DNA from: Cenococcum geophilum
Lineage: Eukaryota
DNA length: 64,000 nt
Assembly (NCBI GenBank): GCA_050273025.1
Contig: CP158636.1
Span: 1,922,001 to 1,986,000 of the forward strand
Direction: 5' to 3'
Each line of letters opens with the position of its first letter. Within the stretch, counting starts at the first letter, position 1. The translations under genes and the position numbers were made by a program. Below are positions 26,139-38,859 of the stretch, piece after piece. A model generated the notes under the pieces. The model was not told where the DNA came from. It did no database searches and was given only the letters and a program-made list of their open reading frames with translations.

Positions 26139-27150
26139 ATAGCACTAACAATAAACCTAAGCCATAACACCAAAGACACTTTTAAGTGAGATCTTAGGGT
26201 TATAAATAAACAATACAATACAATCTACTATGATGTTAAAATTAAAATGTTAATACGCGGGCTTCTTAGACAGCCACTACACTCCCTTATAAGTAAGGCA
26301 TAAATACGGCAAATATTAAACGAAATCTCTAACGAATTCCTATTTGTGTTTCTAGGTTTACCCAAGAATCTATATACTAAATATATTAAATAACTTACCT
26401 AGCACTATAGCTATAACGCGACGCGTTAAATAAATAAAATGGCTTCTACTAGGTAAATTATAACAGGCAACCCAGTACTCCTATACTCCGCCATTGCGCA
26501 TTATCTACCGGCCGGCATACCAAAGGTAATAAGGTAGGAGGGAACACCAAGGTTATATAGAACAATAATAATACTAATCCGGCGGGCAGCTAATAAAGAG
26601 CTAATAATTATCCTAACCTAAAAGCTAGCGACTGGTAAGAATAACGCCCTAAATATACACGTTGATAATCTAAGTTTTAATATATTTATAGACATACTAG
26701 GCTAGGATATTAACTTTAACCCTAAGAGCGAAACGCTTTACTACTATATTGGCGATAAGATAGCCAGAGGACGAATTTAGCTTATAAACGAAGAGAAATA
26801 GCGCAGTGCGGTTAAGGATATATTTCTATAAGAAATAGATAGGTTTTTATTTATAATAGAATAAAAAAGAATAAGTAGGTTACTGCTTAAAGTTAATTTA
26901 GCGTTACTAACTTATATTTATAGTCTGCGCTACCAGCTAAAAACAATATAATCACTTACCCTCTATTTCCGCACCCTTGCCTTCACTAGACAACTCGCAC
27001 TCTACACGTATAAAAACAGGTAGAATAGGTAAATAGGTTAATACTAAGGCGATACTTAACCTATAGCTGTCCCAAAAAACCTCTCCTAGTCGAAAAAGAG
27101 CCCTTACTCTACGCCTTAACCCGCAATAGAAAAGGCGAAGGTAACTATAA
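26139..27150 (+). pseudogene. Unknown-function fungal gene remnant, divergent from the hrr1 fragment
   Basis: About 240 codons with almost only RIP-type stops (..(D)LSF(D).F.D.LG(Q)DI.F(D)P...LYY...(W)RSAV..) and an intron gtaggt..ctaac..tag at ~26875-26923. Confidence 0.5.
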
Positions 27151-28447
27151 CCGTAGCATGGATTATGCGCCTTAAAGCCACTACTTTATTCGGAATACTT
27201 GCTAGTTTAATGGATTACTATATATAAAGGTAGACGGCTTAATATTAGAGCCCTTTAGCGTGCTATTAGGCAAGGAAGTCTTAGAATAATATGTCCTAGG
27301 ATATTCTTATAACTTATCCGGCATTCTTAAAACGCCCAAGGGGATTAGACGATAAAGTCTAAGGTTTATACCTATTCTTTCCAGTAAACTCGTTGGGGTA
27401 ATATATGTTAATACCGTCCCTAGCTCGCTCTTAGTATCCGACACCTAATCCTTATATCTATACTTACGCTTTTCTTACTATTCTGCTAAATTCAATTGCT
27501 ATTGCGATATATATATAGGGGATAGGTTGGGCTTACTATAGGCTAGCGGGGTTGATGACACGGAAGAATAACGTTAGATGTTTACGGTAGAAATACTAGG
27601 TGTTATATAAGGGTGTGGAATATAGCGATATAACTATATAGAAGTGTTATTACTGTCCTACATGCCGCCTATACCTACCCTAGCATTATCTACACTAGCG
27701 AGCTGCACGGATAAGGTAGATAAGCTTCGCTTTAAGCGCGAGACGAGTGTTAAACCTAGTGTAGGTAGACCGGAATAAGGTACAGGATCTAAAAAGCCGG
27801 CGCCCTAGGTAGGTAAAGTGGTTTAATAAGGTACCTCCCTATTAAATTTAGACACAAGCCTTATTAGCCTACTGCTTTTATTGCCGGGATTAACATTTAA
27901 CCTTTTATATACCTATACCATATCTACTAAGGGATATGCTAATAAAATAAAATAGTTTTGCGTATAATAGCAAATAGTATTAAACAATCTTTAACTATAT
28001 GATAATGTTTTCTTAACTATTAACTTAACGCAAGTTAATAGGTTACGGTTGCGGCTTAACCGCAACCGGTTAGAACTAGCAGCTAATTATAATAAATACA
28101 CCCCTATTTAAGTTATTTGCAAGCACTATAGTAATGATACTCCTACTAATACTACTATTAGTCTAACATATATTATACCAGTATATATTCTTTTAAGTTG
28201 TTAATCTATATACGCCCTAGATATTATAGAAATAGCTATAAGGTAACCCATTCTAGCTATAAGCTATACCTTCTGCTAACCAGGCAAATATAGGAGTGTT
28301 ACTATAGCAGGTAAACGTAAAAACGCGTTATTAAACACTTAAACTAGTAGCAAGAACCCTACTTTAAGTTAACGTATAATAAGGAAACGAGGACAACTAG
28401 TATAATTAACCTTACGTCTCTACCTAGCCTACTGCTGGGAGTTGCCT

Positions 28448-30787
28448 ATGTCCTAGCTAATAGAAGGAAAAACGTGCTGACGGAGAACGAGCACGTAGAG
28501 CCCAGCTAGAATAAGCACGTAGAACCTAGCTAGAATGAGCAATATTATTACTCTAGTCTAGTTATATCTAGATATAAAGAGGAGCAGGTACGTAATAGAC
28601 CCCGTTAACGTTATATATAATATATTAAGCTGGCTAATAATGTATAGAATGTACATGGCCGCCTCTGGCCAAAAAGGGTAATCTCCGATAATAAGGATAA
28701 TAACTACAAGTCTATACCTACTTCTTCTACAAAATGATAGCAACTAAATATTAATAAATCTACTAAATTTATTAATAATCTAGCAACAGAACTAGCTTAG
28801 TTAAAGACGCGAAGTCCCAATCTTTTAGTTAAGGTAGGTTACACCTTTATACATAACCAGAGTCTAACTGCAATACTTAATAGTCTCCTCTACTATTTAG
28901 CACTTAATGGGCCCTAGTAAATAGAACACTCTCTTTACTATCTAACCGCCAACCGCTATAAAAAGTAGCATCTTTGTAATATACCTCTAGCTTTTAACAA
29001 TTGCGTATTAGTTCAAAATACTCTCTTACGCGTCCAATTTATACCTTACGGCGTAAATAATTGCGTGCTAGTTTAAAATACTCTCCCGCGCGCCTAATCC
29101 GTACCTTATTATATAAATAACCAATATTTAGCTTTATATTCTCCCTAGTAAGCCATATCCGCCTAAACCCTAATATAGCTTCGTTTATAAGATAAGTGAC
29201 CTCCCTCTAACACAGAGTATACTAACCTAGTGTTTAATCTAAAGGGGACCTAAATAGCGCCAGGGAAAGTGAGGACGAGTTAGACTATAAAGACGATTTT
29301 AACCTAACTGCCGCGCTATAGGCAAGAGAAGAGTACCTCTAAATATCATAACGGCGACGTATAAAAGAAAACCCACCTAAGAGATATAAGCCCATATTTG
29401 CGCTTTATAGGTCCATTTTACTAGCAAGGCTAGTAATTAACTTTGGGACTTATAACGGGCATCTTATTAACCCGTAGTTCGACTGCTTTTTAGGCCTTAT
29501 TAAGGATATAATAAAAAAGGCATAGTTAGAAGCCATTTTAAAGCAGCTAAAAGTAGTGTAAAAAAAAGCTAATTATATTCCTGACCCGGTGTCCACTTGT
29601 AAGGTATTTATATACTAGAAATATTATATTAAATTGTTTACTAATAATCTTAATATTATATACAGCTATTTAACGTAATAGGGAACTTTAGGAACCACGT
29701 AATTACGAAGGCTTATATAATTATAAGGGAGGTATATAGGCTAGGGTTTAACAATGCGCCTAAACTTATTATAGAACTACTAACTAATTATAATTTTATT
29801 GCGCTAGATTACATAAAGGTATTTTGCCCGTGCTATTTAGTAAAATACTAATAAGAGTTAATAGCTAAGTAATAACCGCTTCCGTTTTAACGCGATAGTT
29901 ACTAGCATAGCTAATATATTTTATAGTAGAGGAAAGAACGGCCTTACCCAATTACCCTACTCTTGTAATATATTTAAAAAGCTTACCGGCAATACTATTG
30001 CTTTTATTTTAATAGCAATATATTATATAATTAGGGAGTATAAAACTAGGTTTAAGGAAACGGACAACTTTTATAGCACTATTATTAGTGGTTAGTGCAT
30101 ATCCAGTGTTTTACTACCTATTATTATTCTCTAACCCGTTATAGAAGCCTACGCCAACCTCTTAGGTGGCTAGAACTAGATATCTAGAAAACGGCAATCT
30201 GGAATTTAGCTGCGGCTTTAGCCCGCAGTTATTAAATATGCTATAGGCCTAATGCCGGATTAATCGACTATAGAAATTATTAAGGACCCGTATAAAGATG
30301 ACCTTAATAACCTTATAGCGGATCTAAGCGACAACGTAAGAGAGAGGTTCCTTATAAGCCTTAGCAACAACGAAACTAACGCGATTATTAACTTAGGCTA
30401 TTTATTGGTGAGCCGGGCTATACCATCTAATCCACTAAGCCTGTCTTAAAGGGAGAGCTCTAGAGTAGGCTAGACTAGTCCGCTAAATCCGTCTTAAAGG
30501 GAGAGCTCTAGAGTAAGCTAGAAAATCTAGGGCCCTACTACTACTACAATATTTAGTAATTCAACTTTTGGAACTAGCTAAGTTCGTTAGATTTAGCAGA
30601 ATATACATCCTCCGCCCTAGTATATTACTTTATCCTAAATATAGGAACCAGCGAGCCTAGGCTAGAAAGGTTTAAATCTAATAAGTTATTTATATAATTT
30701 AAGCAGTACTACAGCCTTACAGAGGACAGCTATGGCTAGTATAGTAACAGGAAAGTAATATTAAATTTAATTAAAAATGAGGAGTAG
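28448..30787 (+). pseudogene. Multi-exon gene with DUF6532-like domain and acidic C-terminal tail, RIP-inactivated
   Basis: F....V...A..FY..G..G.......F..L..NTIAFI..A..(H).I.EY.T(G).....F...then AY..LL..(W) at ~29880-30180 fits my recollection of the DUF6532 pattern. Three GT..AG introns at ~29604, ~29819 and ~30091. Confidence 0.6.
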
Positions 30788-31247
30788 TATATAAAGTTTG
30801 TAATATATGCTCTAGACTCTAGTATAGAGGAGCCAGTAGAGTTTTTAGTAGGAGATTAGGTGCAGGACTTTCCATATTCTCCTATAGGATAACTACGGCT
30901 TTTTTATTATATATACTAGCTCTTAATCTACCTTTTTTTCGGCCTATATCTACTACTCTTAGTAGCTACTTTTTGGCTATATGTATGTGCTATGCTAGTA
31001 AAGCTAAATACTTATATTATATTATTGTTATAGGGAGAGCAGGAAAGGCCTTATAATTTTAAAATATATTATAAAACAGTTGGAATATTATATTATATTG
31101 TCTAAAATAATATATTAGATTATATAAGGAAGTGTATACAATTTGCCTTGCTAGCCTTATAAATAGCTTTAAAGTAGCCTTTTTCCATTATCTAAAATAT
31201 ACTATTGGTACAAAAGAGGTAGATGGCTCCAAATACAATTGTAGTTG

Positions 31248-31365
31248 CAGGTTGCGCGCAGGTTACGCGCAGGCTGCGCGCAGGCTGCGTGTCAAAAAAA
31301 CACGACATAGGCTAGTCGGTCGGGTTGCCAAATGCCCTCAACTGCGCGCCAATTGCGTCAACCAC
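31248..31365. repeat. GC-rich 11-bp tandem (caggytgcgcg x4) plus caactgcgcgcc/caattgcgtcaa motifs; possible right subterminal repeats
   Basis: Directly visible. The reverse complement ttgacgcaattggcgcgcagttgagg resembles the 10.2-10.5 kb array. Confidence 0.6.
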
Positions 31366-31519
31366 CAGCTATTGAGGCCATTGGAAGGGTACTATATTTT
31401 GCCAATATGCTCTAGTTATCTAGGCAGGGCGTAAGCCGGTAGCCCATAAGGCTAGTAGTGGTGTAGAAGGTTCCATTATTTGCATTTACGTTAATATACG
31501 CAGCTCTGTACCTTACTAA

Positions 31520-31815
31520 GTTTTATTAAGTTTTATTAGGATATTAACCTCTACTAAATTCTACTAGGTTACCAAAATCTGTTAAATTCTACTAGGTTGC
31601 CAAAGTTCTGCCAACTTCTATTAGGTTATTAGATTTTACTAAATTGCTAAGATTTTGCTAAATTCTATTAGGTTGCTAAAACTCTGCTAAATTTTATTAG
31701 GTTGCCAAAATTCTGCCAACTTCTATTAGGTTGCCAAATTCTGCCAAATTCTACTAGGTTAATAAGTTCTGCTAACTTTTACTAAGTTACTATCTACAAA
31801 ATTCTGCTATATTTT
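31520..31815. repeat. Minisatellite of ~10/21-bp words (aaattctactaggttgcc)
   Basis: Directly visible tandem copies. Confidence 0.85.
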
Positions 31816-31839
31816 ACTATCTCTGTAGTATTTATCCTC

Positions 31840-32835
31840 TGCCTCTTAAAGCACTTCCTAGTCTTCTCTCTTTACCCTAGCTAGCTCTCTAGCAAATAAT
31901 AAGTATAGTAAGAGGTTTGTTTGTATAAACTAGTCCATAACTACCTTAGCAGCCTTTAGCTTAGTTAGGAGCTCTTTATATAAGGATATTCTAGTATAGT
32001 AATATATTTCCGCCCGGCTAGCAGCGTATCTAGGGTAGAATACTACTACGTACATTATTGATTGTTGGCTATAGCCGTATAGGCAGGCCGGGGTTGGGTG
32101 CCCTAGTACTTTTTAGTGGTAGAGGTATCTATTAAACCCTATATACTCGGTTCTAAGCAGTATATTAATTATACTCTCTACCTTTATAAGCCTTGCGTGG
32201 CGTTTAAAGACTTCCTTATTCTATAGCTCGGCCTAGGCCATTATATAGTGGGTGAGCGTGCTCTAGTACTTTTCCTATTCCCTTTTCCACTGCTCCTTAA
32301 ACGCCTCTTATACCCTAGCCCTTCTACTTCTTTTATACTGCGCTTTAGATAAGTCTATTAGCCGTATATCTGTCCCTAAGATAGCGGCCGCCATCCTCTT
32401 AAGCTTATCCCGTCTAGTGGGCCGCATTAATAGCTTTATTTTAGGCCGGAGTTAGTAGGCTATTGTGGCCCGTATAGTGTTGCACTCCCTCTTAATATAC
32501 TCTCTTGCTAGTCCTTCCCGCGTCCTCTCTGTGTAGGCTACAGCTAGCTCTTTAAGGTGTATTTAAAGCGGCGGAAACCCCGTCTTATACTCTAGTACTA
32601 CTATTAGCGTTAATTTATACGCCCCCGTAATAGTACGGAGGCATAGGTTCTATGCTACGCCTAGCTAGCGCAGCTTGGTTTTGCTTATCTCCTTAGGCTT
32701 CGTCTACTCTAGTAGCGAGTACTAGATACTATATCTATATAAAATTGCCGGCCGGACTACGGCGGAGTATATTATCCGCGCCTTTTAGAAGGAGGCGCCC
32801 TATATAGAGGCCGTAAGCCGGGTTAGTGCGGCCTA
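31840..32835 (-). mobile_element. Tad1-like LINE ORF2 3' fragment (second family)
   Basis: De-RIPed AALTRLTAS(T)(W)GAS...AR.IYSAVVRPA; (Q)NLCLRTITGAYK.T(P)...LE; LLRTE(H)IGFN.YL...KV(P)GHPTPAC(P)(C)G. Confidence 0.85.
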
Positions 32836-33390
32836 GGATATATTTATATTATAGAGCTATAAGAGTTATATATAAAGCAGAGTTGCGAAGGTCCTCTTAC
32901 CAGGGCCCTCTACTATAGTTTTCCACTTCGGACGCCCCTTAACGTTTATCTACTTCTACAGCAGCTAGCCGGCCAAAACTAGCTACTGCCTATATGCACC
33001 TGATTTACTCCATAAGTCTATCCTTATAGCCTACCCTGCCTAGATAAACCAACACGTATATCTGTCCTTTTAGGCTATATAGACAGTGTTGTCAATAAGG
33101 TATTAATCCTTCCTCTAAAATAGGTCCACTAGGAGTTAAAGCCTAGTAAAGGGGTAAGGTTTCTAGAGTTGTCCGTCGCTACCATTATATACTATACCCT
33201 ACAGCCGTTACCAGCTACTTCGCGTTACCTATAACGCTCTCGCGACAATAGGCCGACCGTGTCTTGCAGGCGTGGGCCTATAATAACTTAACGCCGCGCA
33301 GCTATTGTCCCTTAGCCGCCTACTAACCAAACTTATTATCCTTCCATTTTAACTAATACCTGCATTTAAGTCCGTTCCAGCCTACCTATA

Positions 33391-33543
33391 TAGGTTCGTT
33401 CTAGTTCTTTCTTAGTCCGTTCCGGATTAACGTCGCCACCTAGAGAAAGGTTAATGCCGCTGCGTATAGGTTCGTCCTAACTCTTTCTTGGTCCGTTTTA
33501 GATTAACGTCGCCGCCCAGAGAGAGGTTAACGCCGCTGCATAG
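33391..33543. repeat. Tandem duplication, 2 x 76 bp
   Basis: taggttcgt.. starts at 33391 and 33467. Confidence 0.9.
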
Positions 33544-34119
33544 AAAGGGAGGATTAATGTCGCTAAATGTGGTTAACGGTGTTGAGATTCTTCCTGTGCC
33601 CTTACTACTAGATAGTCTTAGAGCGGAATAAGTACAAAGGTGCCTTGTCGTCCCCTTAGATCTACTTATTGCTTCTACTAGCAAATGCAAGCGCTAGCTT
33701 GTGGCCCTAGATTGGAGCCTAGGTAAGAAGACGTCAGGTAGTTCTTAAAACCATTCCTTTATTTATAATAAGTTGTCCTTATAGTTTTTTAATTCTTAGC
33801 ACGCTAAGACCCGCGAAAACTCTGCTGTTCTAACGGCGTTAAGGATGACGCATTTGAAAGCGCCCTCTAGCCACGACGTAACGCCGCTGCATTAGTAACA
33901 GACGAGATCCTCACTCTTAGCCTGACCGTACGGACAGGATGAGACGGAAAGGAACCCCTATAGGACAGTATGGGTCGGATCTCGCTTTTGGTATTCCTCT
34001 TATAGCCTTACTATAAATAAATAAATAAATATCTATATAATTTCCTATATAATTATTTCTATAAATTCTATAATTAATTGCTAGTATAAAAATATATATT
34101 TATACGCCTATATATTTAT

Positions 34120-34281
34120 ATAAAGCTTTATATAAAGCTCTACGCGAAGCTCTATATAAAGCTCTGCAGAAGCTCTATATAAAGCTCTACGCGGAGCTTT
34201 ATATAGGGCTCTATATAATCCTCTACTAAAGCTCTATATAAGGCTTTATTAAAGCTTTACGCAAGGCTCTACTTAAAGCTT
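34120..34281. repeat. 12-bp minisatellite (de-RIPed ~gaagctctgcgc), same unit as 38180-38445
   Basis: Tandem aaagctctatat/gaagctctacgc words. Confidence 0.85.
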
Positions 34282-34851
34282 ACCCCCTTTTATAAAGCAA
34301 ATCTATACCTACTAGTAGTCCTTAGTTATTATTTAATGCTAGCTCGTTAGTTTAGGTACTCTAGCTATAGTAAAAAGAAGGCGGCGGTGGTCGTAGGAAA
34401 GGTGCGGCTGCTACGACTTGGGGGCGTCGGGCGCGATAATAAGATAACGAATTAGAATCGGGCAAATTGGGCAATATAGTCTTCTTTGCTAGGTTTAATT
34501 TGGTAATTCTAACTATTAGGAATAGCTTAAGGAGCTATAAAAGTTAAAATAATTTGGCTTAAAGTAGGTATATATAGGCCTAAATACCCTACGCAGGATT
34601 AATAAAAATCTAAACTATATACTAGACCTTCTAATAAAGGTCTTACTAAAAGCAGCTAGCGGCTTAGCAAGGTAAGCCTTGGTAATAAGGTTTAGGAACG
34701 AGATAAGTATTCTATCTTACCTCAGTGGACTTATACTAAGAAATCGATTACGCTAGCGCGCTAAACTCCTTTAGATATTTAATCGATTTTCTTAGTCCAA
34801 GGGACTTTGGCGAGATTTATATAGAAGTATAAGCTTTTTTATAAGGAAAAG

Positions 34852-35181
34852 TTATCCCTTACACGGATAGATACGTCCTATAAAATGTGGCCCGTGTACA
34901 CCAATCAATAAGGTGCATATATGGGCGGTAAGTTGTTTTGCCATATCTCTAAAGGAGAGACTTAAAGGCAGGTAATGGTTCAGGCTCTAGCGGTGGCCTT
35001 TTTGCGACCCGATTTTTGGAAATAAGATATTAAATGGGCTGCGCAAGGTCTATATCATTGGATATGTAGTTACGCGCCATCTTGGTGGTGTTATTTGTTT
35101 ACATTTAGACGCCAAAAAGTTGATGTTCTTGATCCTACGCACGGGCCACAAAATATAGGACCCTATCCGTGCAAGGGATAA
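34852..35181. mobile_element. MITE-like element with ~45-bp imperfect TIRs, little RIP
   Basis: ttatcccttacacggatag..tcctata..tgtggcccgtg versus cacgggccaca..tatagga..ctatccgtgcaagggataa. No TSD resolved. Confidence 0.7.
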
Positions 35182-35640
35182 ACCCTAACAAAATTAATTA
35201 ATCTCCCTATAATATATTTTAAGGTAAAAATTATATCAAATTACTTAGGAGATCTAGCTCTATATATTATAAGATTTTAGGCTTTTTATACCTTACGTGG
35301 GCCCGTATATAAGAGTACGTAAAGGTACTTACGCTTTTAACAACGGGAATTTTAACTTTAACGAAATTAATCTTAGATTTAGGAAGGGATAATATAATTC
35401 TAAAGCTGTTAGTATATAAAGTAGCCCTCTAAGATATATCTATTAACTTTTAAAGACTTTATTTTATTACGTTGTAGAGGGAATCCCCTTATAAAATCGC
35501 TAAAACTAAGATTTTTACTTATGGTTTTAACAAAACTCGCCAAAGGCTCTTAGACGTAATTTTGGTAGATGTTCGTCAGCTTGCTAACGGGCCGAAGGAA
35601 CATCCGCTCCAATCAAATTCACGTTTAAGCTCGCTAAGGT

Positions 35641-37111
35641 AATATTCTATTAGTAAGCTACGTATATTAATAAGCTGCGTATATTCGTAAGTTGCGCACC
35701 AAAAATTATACCAAAAACCGGAAATTTTGAACTTTAATATCTTAATAACGACTAGGTAATAAATTCTAAAAATATAATAGGTAATAGATAGTACTTAGAA
35801 ATAGAGGCTATTAAATTTCTAAAAGCGAAACTTTTACAATTTTTAAAATATTAAGGAAAAAGGTAAAAAAATTTAAATTTAGGGCCAAAAAACTATTTTA
35901 AAAACTATAAGCTTTTAATATTTAAATTTTTAATAGCCTTTATATTTAGTAACTCTTTAATTAACGTCTAATACGGATCCTACTGGCCCACGCAGACTAC
36001 TCCGCATAGGGGGGAAAACTTATATATTTACAGGAAGAAACCCCCTGCAGTTAGGGGAGGAAAAACCCTATAAGCAGCCTCAGTAGGATAAAAAAACCCC
36101 GATTTGCCATATTTGCACGTAGCTGTAGCCCTATAGGCCTATAGCATGTCCTCCTCCTTAGATGTTTTAAACTCCTTAGGAACTACTACTTCCCTCTCTA
36201 GCTTATCTAAAGCTAGGGTTCACTATATCCTAGCTAGGCCTTGCCAATCAATTACTATATATTTGCCTCTCCTATATCTTAACCATCCTCTATATGCTAT
36301 CTCCTATTAACTATTACTATATACGCCTTACCTCCCCCCCCCCTAAGAGCCATTAAAGGCGTAAGGGGGATTTATCCGTTTTAACTACCGTAATACTAAG
36401 CAGCGGGATATATTATATTGGGTATCTTTTATACTTAGGCCCTAGCTAGGCCCTTTTAAAGGGTTACTACTCCATTAAAAGAAGATAAGGAAAACCGTGG
36501 GTTGTAATTTAGGCTGCTAGCAGTATTACGGTAGTAAAACGGCGAGTAACCGTATACTCCGCGGGCGATCGCCCTAGGGTTTAGGAGGGGCCGTATATTT
36601 ACTTATTTATTCATTTATTTACGCGTTTACTTATTTATTAATATAAGATTATTAATACTTTTAATTAGGGGTTAGGGGATATTATCGAGTACTGTCTATC
36701 TATGTTAGATTGTATAGGTGCCCTAGATAGAAGAATAGTGTAGTAGTTATTGTATTATAGAGGGCCAATAGTGGTAGTTTTTAAAATCTCACCATCCGAA
36801 AATTTTTTACCACTACCCTTAACGCCCACAACCACCACTAGGTCCTGTCCGCACGCTATATAACATCTCTGCATTGGCTTTAAATCTAATCTTCAAAGAC
36901 CTAGGTTTGTAGCTGTCACCACGTATAGGTGCAAAGTCCTATTTCGACGGCCTAGCCTTTATATTTAGGTACTACATATAATATAATAAATTTTTAAAAT
37001 TTATTACCTAGTCGTTATTAAGATATTAAGGTTTAAAATTTCCAGTTTTTAGTGTAATTTTTAGTGCGCAGCTTACTAATATACGTAGCTTATAGTACTA
37101 ATAGAATACGT
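35641..37111. mobile_element. Non-autonomous Fot1/pogo-type TIR element (~130-150-bp TIRs) with unrelated interior
   Basis: Left tattctattagtaagctacg..gcgcaccaaaaattataccaaaaaccggaaatttt mirrors right aaaatttccagtttttagtgtaatttttagtgcgcagc..taatagaatacgt followed by TA. A small inner inverted repeat lies at ~36376-36542. Confidence 0.75.
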
Positions 37112-37113
37112 TA

Positions 37114-37536
37114 ACGTATTCCACCACCGAGCTACGCACCCTACTAAGCTGCGCACCCCAAAACTACTAAAAATCGGAAAAACTGTACCTTAATATCTTA
37201 ACAATGGCTTAATAATAAATTCTAAAATTTTATAATTAGCCTTTCATACCTATTTTAAACCTCTTATTAGATTTAAAAAGTAATTTATTAAATAGCTCTA
37301 AAGATATAGCAATTTAGCTTAAGATTAGGGGCTAAAACCTAATATTTTAATAACAGCCAGGCTTATTATACTATAATTTTATTAAAAGTCTTAATATAGA
37401 TATAAAAGGCTAATTATAAAATTTCAGAATTTATTATTAAGCCATTGTTAAGATATTAAGGTGTAGTTTTTCCAATTTTTAGTGGTTTTTGGGGTGCGCA
37501 GCTTGGTAGGGTGCGCAGCTCGGTAGTAGAACACGT
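37114..37536. mobile_element. Fot1/pogo-type MITE, 423 bp foldback
   Basis: TIR acgtattccaccaccgagctacgcacc / ggtgcgcagctcggtagtagaacacgt; TA at 37112-37113 and 37537-37538. Confidence 0.92.
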
Positions 37537-38179
37537 TAACGTGTTCCACCACTCCCCGGTAAACACTACTCCCTAGTAAACCCCACTAAAATTAAAACGC
37601 GTTTTTGCACGATTATTCTACCATAATAAAATTAATTTAATTAAAATCTAGCTTATAGATTCTCTATCTACTAGTACATTAAAGCCTATTATAGCCTTAG
37701 ATATGGCAATTTAAGTACATTAGTAGTGCGCGCTAGCGTACTTAAGTAACTTCTTTTTAAACCTCCTCCTATTTAGCACTTTCTAAGCTCTAAACTAAAA
37801 GCTGGCCCTACTAAGCCTATAGAGCTCCTCCCTATATAATATACCTTTGGCGCTACTATTACTTCTACTTTTTACGTTAATTGGCTGCGTAAAGCTCTAT
37901 ATTCTCCTTTATATTAGGTTTTTTTTTAGCACGTTATTGCAAGCAAAAATCGGGGTCTGTAAAACCTGCGTAAGTCGCAATTTTGGCAATTTGCGGCGAT
38001 TTGCAGCAATTTGCTATAAACACATAGGCTACCTATGCACGCGACTGCCCTATCTATGTGTTTGTAGCAAATTGCTGCAAATTGCCGCAAATTGCTAAAA
38101 TTGCGACTTACGCCTGCAGGTTTTGCAGACCCCGATTTTCGCTTATAACAACGTACTTAAAAAAAATTCTAATATAGAG

Positions 38180-38445
38180 GCTCTGCACAAGGCTCTATAT
38201 AAAGCTTTACGCGAAGCTCTATATAAAGCTTTACACAAGGCTCTATATAAGGCTCTATATAAAGCTCTATACAAAGCTCTATATAAAGCTCTATATAAAG
38301 CTTTATATAAGGCTCTATATAAGGCTTTATATATGGAGGCCCCGCATAAGGCTTTATGCGAAGCTTTGCGCGAAGCTTTACACAAAGCTCTACGCAAAGC
38401 TCTGCGTATAGAGGCTCTACACAAAGCTCTATATAAAGCCTTTAT
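38180..38445. repeat. 12-bp minisatellite (aaagctctatat / gaagctctgcgc)
   Basis: About 20 tandem units; source of the KALY and RALY ORFs. Confidence 0.95.
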
Positions 38446-38619
38446 ATGCGCGCGATATATTACTATTAGGTCCCCGCTATATTCCCAATTGCCTCTATAT
38501 ATACCTCTACTAAGTATACCCCCTATATATACCTAGGTAGCCACCTTATTTTTTACCCTTTTTTATATCCTCTCTATCTAAAAAGACACTAAAATAATAG
38601 TTAGTAAATAACTATCGCC

Positions 38620-38780
38620 GGGGCTAAACAACTATTACTAGAGCTAGACGACCGTTGCTAGAGCTAGACAATCGTCGTTAGAGCTAGACGACCGTCGCCG
38701 GAGTTAGATAACCGTCGCTAGAGCTAGACGACCGTTAAAGCTAGACGACCGTTATTATCGCTATATAACTATCGCCAGAG
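38620..38780. repeat. 20-bp minisatellite (agagctagacgaccgtcgcc)
   Basis: About 6 tandem units are visible. Confidence 0.9.
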
Positions 38781-38859
38781 CCATATAACAACCGTTTAAA
38801 TAACTAGCTAGCGAATATAATAAACAATTTAATCGATTAATTAAATCAAGGTAATATAA

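Noticed and set aside
10200..31400. Starship element
   Set aside because: I recognised no DUF3435 tyrosine-recombinase captain or typical Starship accessory genes. The only mobility gene in the block is Plavaka. A captain outside the window cannot be excluded.
32840..33990. LINE ORF1/5' region continuing the 31.8-32.8 kb fragment
   Set aside because: GC-richer, but no gag knuckles, endonuclease or RT motifs could be read.
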